From NCBI RefSeq assembly GCF_003918875.1, contig NW_025766336.1, positions 1,736,001 to 1,800,000 of the forward strand: a stretch of 64,000 nt of DNA, given 5' to 3'. Origin of the DNA: Haliotis rubra. Taxonomy: Eukaryota. The notes beneath the pieces were generated by a model that had not been told where the DNA came from, ran no database searches, and saw only the letters and a program-made list of their open reading frames with translations. Below are positions 25,957-38,798 of the stretch, piece by piece. Each line of letters begins with the position of its first letter. Position 1 is the first letter of the stretch. The translations under genes and the position numbers were made by a program.

Positions 25957-26720
25957 CTGTAAACAAGCAAATGCAGGGTAATAAAATTATCATTTAAAAA
26001 ACATAATAACCCCACTATCAATATATTCAAAGCAAGCTCTCTCGCAGGTCCAGTGTTGAGGGGTTTGACAGCTAGGCCAACAAGTCCCAACACAGCGGCT
26101 TAAACTGCTGGATGTCAAGATGCTGCTTTCAAACATTTCTCCATAGCCCGATTCAATTACGAATAACTCGCAATATCATTTCAAATATTTCTACAGATCA
26201 AACACGTGCGGTTGAAAAAGGCTGCATTCCTCATGGCTCTATATCTCCGGCTGGGTGAAGGGCTGAATGACTAGGACAGTGTGTATTGGAGGAGTGTGGA
26301 GTGAGGGTCTTTATACAGCACAGGTTCCCAGGCTCTTTCTATCATCAGATCCAAGGAGGGGGTGGGGTCGGATGTACAGGGTGGGTGTTTGACAAAAAAG
26401 GTATTCAGTGGGTACGGCAATGCTTTTTTCATAGCATTCCAGCCACACGGCCTGGATGGTAGTTAACGGTTATTACATTTGAAAGTGTTAATACTTCCTG
26501 CTATCGGTTGTATCTTATATATCTCTTATTATCTCTATACTCAGAACTACATTTTTATATTTTTAGTGTTTGCAAGAGACCCAGGGTCTAAATTTCCGGT
26601 CTGTGATATGCAAGAGACGAGAATTCTTATTTACACCATATTGTTCTTCATGTAAAGATGTGTATGGACAAGTATTCTGGAATAGTTACCCTCGGACGTT
26701 CATCTTCTAAAATGTGTAAA

Positions 26721-26858
26721 GGGCGGTTTGGGGGTTAAAGCTCGTCCACAAAGGCCCGGGTTCGATTCCCAACATGGGTACAATGACTGAAACCCATTTT
26801 AAGCCATTTCTCCTGCAGTTTTACTGCTTAAACCGGCGTAAAACCATACTCACTCACT
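26721..26858 (+). mobile_element. tRNA-derived SINE family B
   Basis: GGGTTCGATTCCCAACATGGGTACAATG...GGCGTAAAACCATACTCACTCACT. TSD approximately CTAAAATGTGTAA / CTAAACTGTGTAA. Confidence 0.8.
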
Positions 26859-27969
26859 AAACTGTGTAAGGCCATCTCTCTAGGTTCCAAGTTAAGTGTT
26901 TATTCTGAGGTGTACCGGTTGATTAATTCTACCTCAGCCAGCTCACGGCAACAAAAGAGTACATTGCACCCGGAGTGACTTGAAAACCAGTTAGTCGGGC
27001 GACAAGTGAGATTTAACCGTCTACAGTGACAGGATATGTTTCTCTCTGCAACTGATCAGGATTTATCAGCCATGGGTTTCTCCTCTGTTACAATACCGCG
27101 TCCCCTACGTTGGGGAAAGTTGATATGTTTCCGGGTAACCACATGGAAGGGGAATATCTTATGCGAATTTTATTTCTTCTAAAACGAATGTTTTTTTCGT
27201 GACTCTTCAGTGTGAATCAGGCTTTATGGAAATACTTTAGTATGAAGTACCTTGTTTTCTAAGGGTGTTATCAAACTGCTGGAAGAAAACACAATCGATG
27301 ATACTTCGCCCTTTGTGGACACACCTGCTTTCACAACAATAGGTATTGCCCCTCAGAGGTGCTTGTAATATTTCTTTTCTCAATCTAACACTGGTAGTTT
27401 TTGGAAAAATTTAAGATCTTGAAACCTTTCACAATTAACGTTTAATAAATCTTTATAAAATAGCAAGCACGTTGATATTATTTAACGGCACTCAGGGGTG
27501 TGTTTTCGTTTCCATTTATAAGTGAAGATAAACTTTGTTAAAAGTGCGACCTAACAATGTTCTTATAAAGATGCTGCACAACGAAAACAGATTTCCTTTG
27601 TTATGTGTTTCGGTCTAGTTTCGCTACTGGAGAGGGAATACTTTGCGGTGTTCTGGTTTTACCAGACAGATGACGTGTTTTGTACACACGGCACCGTGGT
27701 CGCTTCCTGTGCCACGTTAGGCGTTATTCACCTGTTACGTCATCGAGTCAACTCACCAGTCGTGTCAGGACGACCCTTCTGAAATTAGATGGACTGTCGC
27801 TGTGGCGTCCATACGTTTTATGATGGGTATATTTACTGAGACTTAATGCCGTAATAACAGTCAGAGTGAGTGAGGTGGTGGGCCCATACCGCTTTTAGCA
27901 ATATCCGGGTAATGAACATCACTGATCGTACACATGCTGGGAGGGGACCCCGGGCTAACTGTTGTTTAG

Positions 27970-28190
27970 TTGTTGGTTGGTTGGTTGTTGTTTTTTAGCA
28001 TTCATGTTGCATTCAGCAAATTCCAGCTAAATGACGGCGGTCTGTAAATAATCGATTCTGGACCAGACAATCCAGTGATTGACATCATGAGCATCGATCT
28101 ACGCAATCAGGATACGGTGACATGTGTCAACCAAGTCATCGAGCCTGACCACCCGATCCCGTTAGTCGTCTCTTACGACAAGCATGGCTT
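27970..28190 (-). mobile_element. SINE-like family A copy in intron 2
   Basis: CCAGCTAAATGACGGCGGTCTGTAAATAATCG...GTTAGTCGTCTCTTACGACAAGCATGG. Confidence 0.85.
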
Positions 28191-28270
28191 GTTCACGGAT
28201 GCCAACTTCAGTAGCAGAGATGGAACTTACACTGAGAACACATTGACACTACATTCAGAACAAATCTCAC

Positions 28271-28689
28271 CTTCCATGGGACTGTAACGGAGACTACTCG
28301 ACGTCTTCTCCATGTCATAGAAAACTTTCACCCTGGCCACGCCCGTGTCTTCGGCGCTACGTTCAGTCTCCATGTACAAATGGATTGGATCGGAACCGGA
28401 AATACAAAATTCCCTGCCGCGCCCTCTAGTTGTGAAAAGGGGAGATAACCGAACTTCCACATCGTTCACAATTTTTAATTTATAATTCCCATGTGTCCTC
28501 GACAGCACTTCCTGTGATACTATAGTTTTGATATTTTCACTTTGTACACGAACACAATATCTGTACTCCCCGGCATGTTGCGGATTCAACTCCAACCTGA
28601 TTGCACCGTATGAACTTAACCACGTGATTTGACCTTCAAGACATTTTGGCTTGACGTTAATGATGGCCTTTTCTCCATTGTCCGGGTCA
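28271..28689 (-). CDS. METRNL: Meteorin-like protein, coding exon 2
   Basis: Acceptor ttttccag|T GAC, donor GAA G|gtgaga, 419 nt. DPDNGEKAIINVKPKCLEGQITWLSSYGAIRLEL...RYCVRV...EFCISGS..LYME matches the meteorin C-x-x-G-x-x-x-W-L-x-x-x-G-A-(L/I)-R-L motif. Confidence 0.93.
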
Positions 28690-28883
28690 CTGGAAAACAA
28701 AAACAGATGTATAACAATATGCTTCAATACTCAAGAGGAAATACATTAAAGATGTCATCTGCCTTGGAACATTTCTCATGATTAAATACAGTAAATAACT
28801 TGGTGCAAAGCGAGGATCTGGTGTGACCAGAATGATCGGATATGCTCCTGTGTATTAGGCATGGACATCTGGAGCTCCACACA

Positions 28884-29125
28884 AGTGAGTGAGTGAGTGA
28901 GTTTAGCTTTACGCGGCACTCAGCAATATCCCAGCTATATGGCGGCTGTCTGTAAGTAATCGAATCTGGACCAGACAATCCAGTGATCAACAGCATGAGC
29001 ATCGATCTACGCACTTGGGATACCATGACATGTGTCAAACAATGCTGACCACTCGATTCCGTTAGTCGCCTTTTACGACAAGCATGGGTTACTGAAGACC
29101 AATTCTAACCCAGACCTTCACGGGT
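28884..29125 (-). mobile_element. SINE-like family A, full-length copy in intron 1
   Basis: (GTGA)n tail through to CTAACCCAGACCTTCACGGGT. Confidence 0.9.
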
Positions 29126-32100
29126 ATATACTAACCATTGCTTTGCATGTATCAGACTCGTCAACTACATTAGGTGGTGATATAGCTGTAATACTGTTGA
29201 CTGCGTGAATCTGTACACAAAAACTCCATATATTCATTACCCGACACAGTATTGTAGTTGTAAGCTCTTTATACCTCACGATATATCAAGCGTAAGATAC
29301 CGCTTCAGGTCGATTTACAGTACATTTGACGACTACAGACGTCCCCACAGCGATAGGTCTACTGTGGGCAATACAGCACATGACTTCTGTCACTTTTATA
29401 GGTTGTCTATATGAGCCGAGGCAGGACAAATGTATAGACGTGAAAGAGAGAAAACAGAGGACAGAAAGAAATGAGGTCAAGCTGTTAAGTCCATGGTCTA
29501 TAAATCAAATATAGAAAGGTAAAATATGAACATTATTTGCAATATTTCAATCTAAGTGGCATATATATTGCTTGAAATCTCCCGACCGGCCCAATTTGCA
29601 TACCACAGTTAATACCTTGGCTCAGCTATTTTCTGTTTATTATTAATACATTCACCGTTTGTCATGGCTACAAGGCCAGGCCACGGTTATGCATTCATCT
29701 TGTTTACACATGTAATGCGGGTTATCCACTGTCGAGGTGCAGGTCTCTCCACCAAGGAGGGGGACAGGTTTTGTCTAATCTGTCGTCTGCCACATTCCAC
29801 TTTAGGAAAGGGTCGCCAGGAGCAGACGACACCTTAAATAGGGGTGTTCGTGGCGGCCGACAAGCTTGGCTGACGTACAAGTTGTCAGCGGCTGTAAACA
29901 ACGCCTTGTAGAGTAGAGAAGGTCGTCGTATGTGGAACCAAGTGATACCGCGTTCAATGGAGGAAATAGGCCCGAGCCAGCAATTTTCAACAGTCTCAGG
30001 GCGAAATCAACCAGACAAGCACCCTTGTAACACCTCGATACACAAACACCCGTTACAAGACTTCCGTTGGCCTTGTACCTACACCTTTGGTATGTCCTGT
30101 ATTGTCCACAGCTGGTAATCTGCTGACCTCACTTCAAGACCCTCGTACGTCAAGTCTTAGACCTCTGATATCATCATTTGAACACCCTCTGGTACCTACA
30201 CTCAAAGACCTTTGATACCCCTGCCTTCAAAACCAGTGATACCTCTATTTCGGAACCAATGATATCGCCATTTTACAAGGGTCGGATGAAAAGAGTATCC
30301 CCCATATTCCACTAATACGTTTATTTTAGGTATCAGGGAACATCACGGCTATCAGAACTGTATTTGAATACCCAGCGAACATCTATGTTTTATTATCGAA
30401 GTAAAAGTCAGTAACTTTATATGTGTTTAAGAGAACATGGCTTTGTGCAATTAGTCGTATTTCCCGAACGAAGCCCAAGGTTGCATACGGGGAAAGTCTA
30501 ACAATGTCGGTGGCATAGCAGTTACACCTTCTTTCAATTACAGGTAATATTTGTGTTGGCATTTTCTATTCGCATGCTGTTGATGATTGCGGAAACATGC
30601 CATCTTATCTTATTTACAATTGGCTCAATTTCAAACTTGCATAACAGTGCAGCCCGGCAGAGTAGGAACGCGGCGACTATTTGTACCCCTCGTCAAAAGA
30701 ACCTCCCTCCTACAGTCAGAAAAGTGACCCTGCAATAAAGCCATCCGAGACCCGGAACAATCCTCGTCCTGGAGGAACTAATCATAGAGGTGATAGGCTA
30801 ATCACATCCGAACCAGCCCAGGTTGGATGCATGGCACCCAAACACGGCCTAATATCAAGCAAGCACGCATTATGGACCGCTTTAATTAGGGTATTTGAGC
30901 CGGTTTCCGTGCGGCACGTCATTACACACGCCAGAAGATTGCTACGACCGTAACTACAGAGCCGTTAGCGTGACGTCGGTTTTTTAGACCTTTTGCTGAC
31001 TGGGAATGGACAACACAAACCTATATCAAGACCTGACTATCTTCTATCTCCATGGGGAACCCTACACTGCATTATACGTCTATGTTACAGCGGTTTAAAC
31101 TTACACTATCGCATGCATGACGAGCTGAGTAATCGCTACCATCTCCGGGTTTATTCAAAGAGATGGTTGTTAAGAAAGCACATACCTGGGACTTGAGCAC
31201 ATACCTGGGACTTGAGTCACTCGCCATCTCAACGAGATTTACTCGGCTCATAACTGACTGTAGTCATATTTGGTTAACAATATAAACGGTCAGATTACCC
31301 AAGGTTTCATATGTCTTGATTAAGAAGCATATGCATAAAGATATCACTTTCCTATTGGTTCACTTCATGGCGGTTTATGGGACAAGGGCGCACATGAATT
31401 TGAATCCAGGCGCAGTGTCTTTTGGTTGTGTTGTCGCTGTTGGGTCAGTACACCTTGCAAAGGCGCGACCCCGACATGTTAACTTCCATCTAGAGGTCAC
31501 TTAAACTGACATTGGATAATTAAAGACATTTTTGAGATTCGTGTAAACAGATTGTATTTTCTTTTAATCCTCATTAATCTCTTCGGTCGTGTTGTGTAGT
31601 GTGTTGTTGCTGTGGTCGGCGAGAACAAGGAAGACCGCCCGGTCCGGGTGTTTGGTCATGATGCAACTACCATCCTGGGCAAATTGTGTCAAGTGGAAAG
31701 GTAATTCCGGCCACAAACAACCTGTGAAAGGTGTGATTACCTGGCTCCATCCTGAAGGTGTAGAATGTCCCCACAACAACAGTCACCGAGAGATGGAAGG
31801 CATGGGGAGGGACCCCCGACCCCCATCACTTTGCCTTCGGTTATTTGCCCCGACTGATAGGGTTGACGGTGGGGTACAGAAATACCCCTCAGTGTGGAGG
31901 GAGGCGGGACAAACGCCGGTCGGCGAGAGGAGGACAGAGAGTCGAGTTACAAATCAAACATTGTCGGGAATGTGGTCACATACCTGTAGAGGGGGACAAT
32001 GAGGGAGGTACTATTGGGGAGTGGGACGTGACTACAGCCTTCCTACAGCGACTTGCTAGAGACAACACTCTCACTACAGTCAACTGTGTCGGTAGGCTAC

Positions 32101-32549
32101 CATCTGAGACATGGTCTTCAGAGACAGCTTCCCATCCACTCGTCACAGACAAGTGTTCATCTAGGTGGACTCTGGCTCCCACTGACGAGGTGTCGGAGTG
32201 TGTTAGCGGGATCCAGCCACTTTCCTCCAGCAAACTCCACCTCCAACTGGGATGCTATACCTCTGTAGTCCAGCTGTAGTGGGACATTCTACACAACAGT
32301 AACGCGTTATCGTCTCAACTCGAAATTCCCGAACTGAACTCTAGGATAAAACCCACCTATACACTCGACTCCCTATTTCCACATGGAGCAACTAAGATCT
32401 TTATATCTCGTTTACAACTGGTTCTACAATATCACTACAGCTGGTACCAAATATAGCCTTCACGCTTAGTACCTGCGGGAAAGCGGATCCTGGTGTCCGC
32501 CTACCGATCCAACGTTTGAACCACTCTACCAACCGCCCCAACTGTTCAG

Positions 32550-32656
32550 GGCCTAGATTTTCGAAGTTCTCTTAGCGCTAAGATAGTCGTAAGTTAATGT
32601 TAATGTATGGCACTTACGACTATCTTAGCGCTAAGATAGCTTCGAAAATCTAGACC
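32550..32656. mobile_element. 107-bp foldback MITE (PIF/Harbinger-like, 3-bp TSD CAG)
   Basis: CAG|GGCCTAGATTTTCGAAG...CTTCGAAAATCTAGACC|CAG; the element is almost entirely palindromic. Confidence 0.8.
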
Positions 32657-34762
32657 CAGAGCAAGTGTTATGTCGGAGGACGGGTTCACGATACTCGACT
32701 ACGCATTTGTCACGTCGTGAACAAGTTTCAAGAAAAACGTTTTCATAAACCCGTCTGTTCACATTTGCATGTTATTTGCTTTGCTATTAAGATCAACATA
32801 TCAGGCTTGTGAAATAAACACCCCTAAAATGTCACCGACATGAACCCCTCCACGGAATGCAGGACATCGCCAACAGCCATGAACCACTCCTCACGATATA
32901 TAGGCCCTGACAGATGCCATTATAAACCCCCTACTTTGTCAAATACCCAAACATGCTAACCTATTAACTTCATTATTACGGCTTTAACCGTGGAGAGATT
33001 GTTCTATTGGTCTCGCGTGTTTGCCGTGGTGTCTGCATTCTACAACAGCTCGGCATGTTATAACCGCCATTGCTGCCAACTCGTCACTTAACAGTCCCAG
33101 AGACACTGTGGAGATAGATACCTAGCAAACCTCAGACCGTACACACATACTGCTTTACTTAGCTTTACAGGATTGGAGAATATATAAATACTAGAACTGG
33201 GTCTTATTTAGCAATAGCAAGAGATGAATAGGAGTGCAAAAAGAATTTGAATTTCAGAATCAATTGAACTTATAAGACTCGAGGCTTCAAAACAGAGAAA
33301 GCTTTAAAATATGAGGGAAATGTTATATTAACATCTCGTGCATTTTGCACCGATCAACACATGCAGTCAGGTACAAGTGTGATTCATTGTATTGAAAATC
33401 ATTTTGAGTGACCTTCCTCTCCTTTCCGTCTTTATTTCAGTGTTTATACAAGCAAAAGCTGTATTAAACCAGCGAAGGTTGTCCAAAAGTTTGGAACTGC
33501 AAAAACAGGTTTTGATATTTTCTGAGCATGATGTGTTTGTCTGTGTATAGATTTGAAGGTTACGTGCCTCGGTGTTGATCTCCATCATGTGTGTGCAGGA
33601 TTACCTGGGCTCGATGCGAGGACATACATGGACGGCGGTGCTAAGCCGGCAGTTGTAGACAACGTCAACACCGATGTGTGCGGGGAACCAACAACCTGTA
33701 GCTCGTCAATGCAGCCAGGAACGCCGTGGAGGGGCCGAGAGAGAAGGAGGGGAGCGTGCACCAATATTGACCCGAGCAGACGACAGCATCTCGGATCCCA
33801 TATCCTGGATGTCCGACGTGTCATCCTACCAACTCCTCACAACGCTTGGTCTGTACGAGTGTCGGAAGAGCGTAAGTAGCTCCATACACCGATTATCGGC
33901 TTGTTGACTTGGAATTCATAATAGGCCAGAAAGTCACTCGGACAAATATTGCCTCAATACATTAACGGTTTCTCTCGCACACCGTAGTCTCTTTCATATG
34001 ATAATAAAGAGGAAACCGTTAGGGGGGTTTGCGTAGCCGCAATATTCACAAACAACGCTCTCCGGAAATCAGATATTTTGAATTTGGTTTGTGTCTCGCA
34101 TGCTGGGATGATTTTGTGAAAGCAATGTTTGAAGTGTAATTTATCGTGTTTATTGTCACGAGTAATTAAAGTGTGACCGACAGGTCACAGGTGTACCCCC
34201 GTAGCCATGACGAGCCGTGGCGGAGATGGCCGTCGTCCCTGGCTGCTTCAACTGTATCATGGTGGAACAGGATGGTCGAGCTGTCAACCACCGTCACTGA
34301 TTTATATGTCTCTTCATAAATGACGGTTTCAGGTTTCTATCTTCTGTTGGATACCATCCTCTGTAATCACATGACCCAGCGTCCCTGACGTCTTGTCACC
34401 TGACACCGTCTACATCTACATCGTCACACTTCGTGCATTTAATTACTTACATAACATTCCTACATAATCCGCAGCCAGAACTACACTGCCCTCCGTGTGA
34501 CGGGGGAAGACACCTGGGCCATATTGTTCCTCATAACAATATAAAACCTAGTCATTTTAACACCCAAACAAATATACTTTAACGAAAAACAGAAAATATC
34601 TTCATTTGATAAAGTGGATTTGTTTTCACAACTGGGCTGTGTGGTTGAATACAAATGACAGTAATAAACTATTTTCAGTCGCTTTCATTTTGAAATCATG
34701 TGACCTTTTAGGCAGTGGTCTTTGGTTCTATGTTACTGTTGGCATCGGTGATCTGATCTTAC

Positions 34763-34887
34763 CTGATTGTACAGTCGCACTGATTACAGGTGTGCTGCGT
34801 TCTTCCCCCTGTGATGACGGCGAGGAGTAGCCAGGTAATGACCAGATGACCGCTGGTCAAGGCTCGCCACAGTACCGATATATCCAT
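34763..34887 (-). CDS. METRNL: Meteorin-like protein, coding exon 1 (signal peptide and first cysteines)
   Basis: Manual translation gives MDISVLWRALTSGHLVITWLLLAVITGGRTQHTCNQCDCTI, then AG|gtaaga donor. 125 nt, phase 2; AG plus the T of the next exon gives Ser. Hydrophobic stretch LVITWLLLAVI resembles a signal peptide. Not in the ORF track. Confidence 0.88.
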
Positions 34888-35058
34888 AATGTCACACCAG
34901 CAGGTACTCCATAATACAAGACCACATCTCTATACACAACACGGGAACAGCTCAGTACAATCCGAGTCCCACAACCTGTCAAACTTTCCCACTGCCTGCC
35001 AACAACCTGCTCGCCGTAACGCTGAGTCTAAACTGAGGCCTTTTCAGACCAGCCTAAG

Positions 35059-35088
35059 ATTGGCCAAGCAGGCGATTCAACCCGCCCC
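35059..35088 (-). promoter_or_regulatory. Candidate proximal promoter of the meteorin-like gene (CCAAT box and GC box)
   Basis: On the minus strand, CCAAT at 35059-35063 and GGGGCGGG at 35081-35088, about 170-200 nt upstream of the ATG in a GC-richer stretch. Confidence 0.4.
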
Positions 35089-35847
35089 TCGCCAGCTCCA
35101 GCCACGCGTGGAGGCCAGCCAGGCAGCCAGCAGAGCTGTACAGACCGGCCCATTCTGCACAAGGGGAACAACTTGTCGCTGCTCGCCCTGATAACATCAG
35201 CTGGCATTGTTCGCTACACGCGATAGCGAGCGTTTCACTTATCCATGTTTACGTCGTCAGGATTAGCGTATTATCGAAACTATGTTTGTGCAGGGTTAGC
35301 GCTCGGAGCCCACGGGTAACGGGTATACATAGAGATAACCGCCATTGTCTGTGGTCTATCTTACCTACACAACAGTATAACACGATAAACAGCTACGGGT
35401 CTATCTCCCACTGTAAATAGTAGAAGGGTAGTAGTATCAGCATCAGTATAACACGATAAACATCCACTTTTCTATATCCTATGGTAAATGTAGTCTCACA
35501 ACACCAGATAACGTCTTCGCGTCTGACACGTGATCCTGGTCCGGTTCCTCCGACGCTGTTGTGGAGTCTTGTGATTGATGGTCGACTATCATGCGTTGTA
35601 CCATGCCTACCCGGCAGTTATCGGAGTTCTTTACACTGATAAATACATAAGTCGACAGTCGTAGACAGCCATTATGTCTCATTAGTAGTTGGTGACAGTG
35701 GTCTGAGTTGACATCGTCACGACATACAGCTATCTTCAGGTACCACTCCATTGCTGGTTAGATCCAGTTGAGACTAAGGTATTGTGTTCAACTGGTATGG
35801 TCCTTGTTTTGAAGTGAGATCTACCAGTGTTTTATTATCTAAGGTGT

Positions 35848-35985
35848 AAGTGAATAATGCTTTACACCGTTTCTGGCAATATCCAGCCAAATCAAAATGG
35901 ATAAGGACAGTAGAACTTGCTTCCACTCATCGCACCAACTTGGAAATCGAACCCACTGCTTTAATCGCCTGTCTACTCCACTGCA
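35848..35985 (-). mobile_element. tRNA-derived SINE family B, highly diverged copy
   Basis: TTTACACCGTTTCTGGCAATATCCAGC...GGAAATCGAACCC. Confidence 0.5.
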
Positions 35986-38039
35986 TCACATTGTCAGGGG
36001 ACCAATGGCGGTGGTACATGGGCGTGTAAATAAGAGGCGTCAGTACTCTTTCCTTAATCATATGAACTCCCTCTTCTATATCATATATCATAAATCTATA
36101 CCATAAGCAAGTGTTCATGATTACCCATCAAATTTCCTATCAAACCAGATACCAGGCGGTAGTAAACGGTGAGCGTATCCAGCATCGCCAGTTGAACCAA
36201 ACACAAACACAATTCAATGGAAAGTCAACAGATCGCACAACAAATAACACGGGAATGTATGGGAATGCATGGTACAGCTCAATATACGGAATTGTATCAG
36301 ACATAATCTTTGTCAATGAATTTGTCAAATTTGGAAAATTCCTTGACATATTCACCAAAACCCGTTTTGAGAGCTTTACTGGGGCCTTGTAGCTATGACC
36401 AAACAAGAGTCGTACGACCTTTGTGAAACCTATAGTACGACTCTTCTCCATAGTACCTCAATAGTTGGGAAATTTAACCATCACAAACTGGACCTGCTGT
36501 AATGATGCTCTACATAAATTGGAAAAGTTGCTCGACAAAAGGGGAAAGTTGCTCCGCAAAAGGGAAAAGCCGAAGTCAGGCCTCTTGCCATCCAGTATTT
36601 TGAATAGTTTTATCACTCTGAAATTATATGTATAGATCTAAATGTAAAACGCTGTAGGCGGTGTAATGCTCCCGTGTAATTACGAGGTATAGGTAGTTAC
36701 CGTGTATTCTTCGATAAGATGTATCAGTGCGTATGTATGTAAGATTATATCATGACGTGACCTTGACCCCACCACCAGCAACACCCATGGGCGTGGACCT
36801 GTCGTGACAGGTGGACTTACGGGAACTATCACAAAACGAAGTATAGTATTGGACGAATCAATTCAAATAATTCTTTACAAAGTACAAAACACCTTTTGGT
36901 GAACAGAGACGGACGGGAATCACTCTACCAAATCTGTTTCTTGCTCGAACCTTCATCAATCCATCAGTAGGTAACAAGATTCCGGTATATCTGGCAGTAA
37001 TGTCTGCTATAAACCCTGAACCAAGAGCCCGAGATGTACTACTAAAACTAGCCATTATATCACATAATATATTTTCGTAGAAACCATAAACAGATGCCTC
37101 TTTCATGTCAAAGCGTATCTCCCCGACTTAACAAGGATAACTTCAGCCGTGTGTATCCACATCCTCTGGCGGACATATGTTTAGGGAGAGACATCAAAAG
37201 GGTTATCTACTATACATGGTGTACGTATATCCCCGTGCTCTTCTGCACGAGACTATCAAAGTTTAAGTATGGTTTTCAAAGTGGGAGTTTATCGCTGAGT
37301 CCGGTGATAGTATGTTTGTCCCAGAATGGTAATTGGCGGTTCAATGTTTTTGGAACAGACGTGGAGAGGAAATCGCCCGGTAGGGGGCGCTCATCCAATC
37401 ATTGTAATTAGTGCTGACAAAAGTGATGTCACGTGTAACGTATAGTCTTCAAAGATCGTTCTTGTTTTAATAGAGGACAACGGCCTATTTTATCATAAAG
37501 ATTAATTCTTACAATTCTTCATGCCACGTTAGCCTTTGAAGAATGTGTAGATTGTAAATAATGCATTGAGGGAAACATCTGCCTCACATTGAAATCTCCA
37601 CACAACATTTAGTAGCCAACTAACCGCACCAAACCCTCAGAAAACCATTGCTCGTTTTTATTGACCCGTCGAGATTCCGTGTTTTTGTAATTACCACTTG
37701 TGTTTTCTTTAGCCAGAACTTGACATTCGGGCCGGGGGCAGTGAACAAGGGGTGCTGGGTTGTCCAGGCCAGACAGAGGGGGTCGGATCGGGCAGCAATT
37801 GAGTGGATGTGTCTTGGTGGTGTACTCTGTCTCAGTGACACCACAGGGAATCGACCAGAATAGGTACATATTGGTTCCCCTGTCAACATCCGACTGAACT
37901 GCGGATCGGGTGGTTACATCGTGTCACCTGACGGACTGTCATTAGGCTATCGTTGACCACGCCACCAAACACTGCCTGGCCTGGCCCAGACGTCTTGACA
38001 TATAATGGAATAATACAGATAGTGGCATTAGTATCATTG

Positions 38040-38240
38040 TATGTTCTCAAGATTGGTTCTAGGTTGTAGGTTCTCATGATCGGGTGTTCTAGGTTTTAGG
38101 TACTCATGATCGGGTGTTCTAGGTTTTAGGTTCTCATGATCGGGTGTTCTAGGTTCTAGGTTCTTAAGATCAGGTGCTCTAGGTTCCATGTTCTCAAGAT
38201 CGGGTGTTCTAGGCTCCATGTTGTCAAGATCTGTCCTAAG
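38040..38240. repeat. 30-bp tandem repeat, about 6 copies
   Basis: Unit GGTTCTCATGATCGGGTGTTCTAGGTTTTA. Confidence 0.85.
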
Positions 38241-38784
38241 GTCTTCCAGGTTCCACAGAGCTGTTCTCTGGTGTTCTTGGTTCTCGCGACCTATACTGTG
38301 GTGTTCTAGTTTCCATGTTCCGTAAAGTCTGTGTTCTTCGCTATCACAATCAGTCATCGGGTGTTCTAGGTATTAGGTTCAAGGTTCTTAAGATCTGTTC
38401 TCAATTTGTCTTGATTCTGGGTTCTGAAGACCGGACCCCACATCAATATTCTTGTAATGTTTGCCAGGACAACCCTAACCGTGACTTAGGTTTCACGACT
38501 CTTTAGGGTAATCTTTTTTTGAGCCTGTATCGAATCGGGAATCGAACCCAGTGATGGCCGTGGTTCGGCTGCCTCGCCGCAGTTCAATGTTTGGCCGGAA
38601 CATCAGCAACACCTTACGTCGAGGGTGAAGTCGAATCTCACGGCAGGTTTTTATACGATTTGAACCAGTTTCCCCTGAATCGTATAATGCTCATAATGCA
38701 GGACATTGAATTTCATCCTTGTTTCAACTTGGCTGCTGGGCCAGTAACTAAGTAATCGGGGATTGCGCGAATTTTAATGACAGG

Positions 38785-38798
38785 GCGCCCCCTGGCGG
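38785..38798 (-). promoter_or_regulatory. CTCF-like motif; similar sites at 37377-37390 (+), 40232-40245 (+) and 50813-50826 (-)
   Basis: CCGCCAGGGGGCGC matches the CTCF core. The others read CCGGTAGGGGGCGC, CCTCCAGGGGGCGC and CCACCAGGGGGCGT. Confidence 0.55.
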
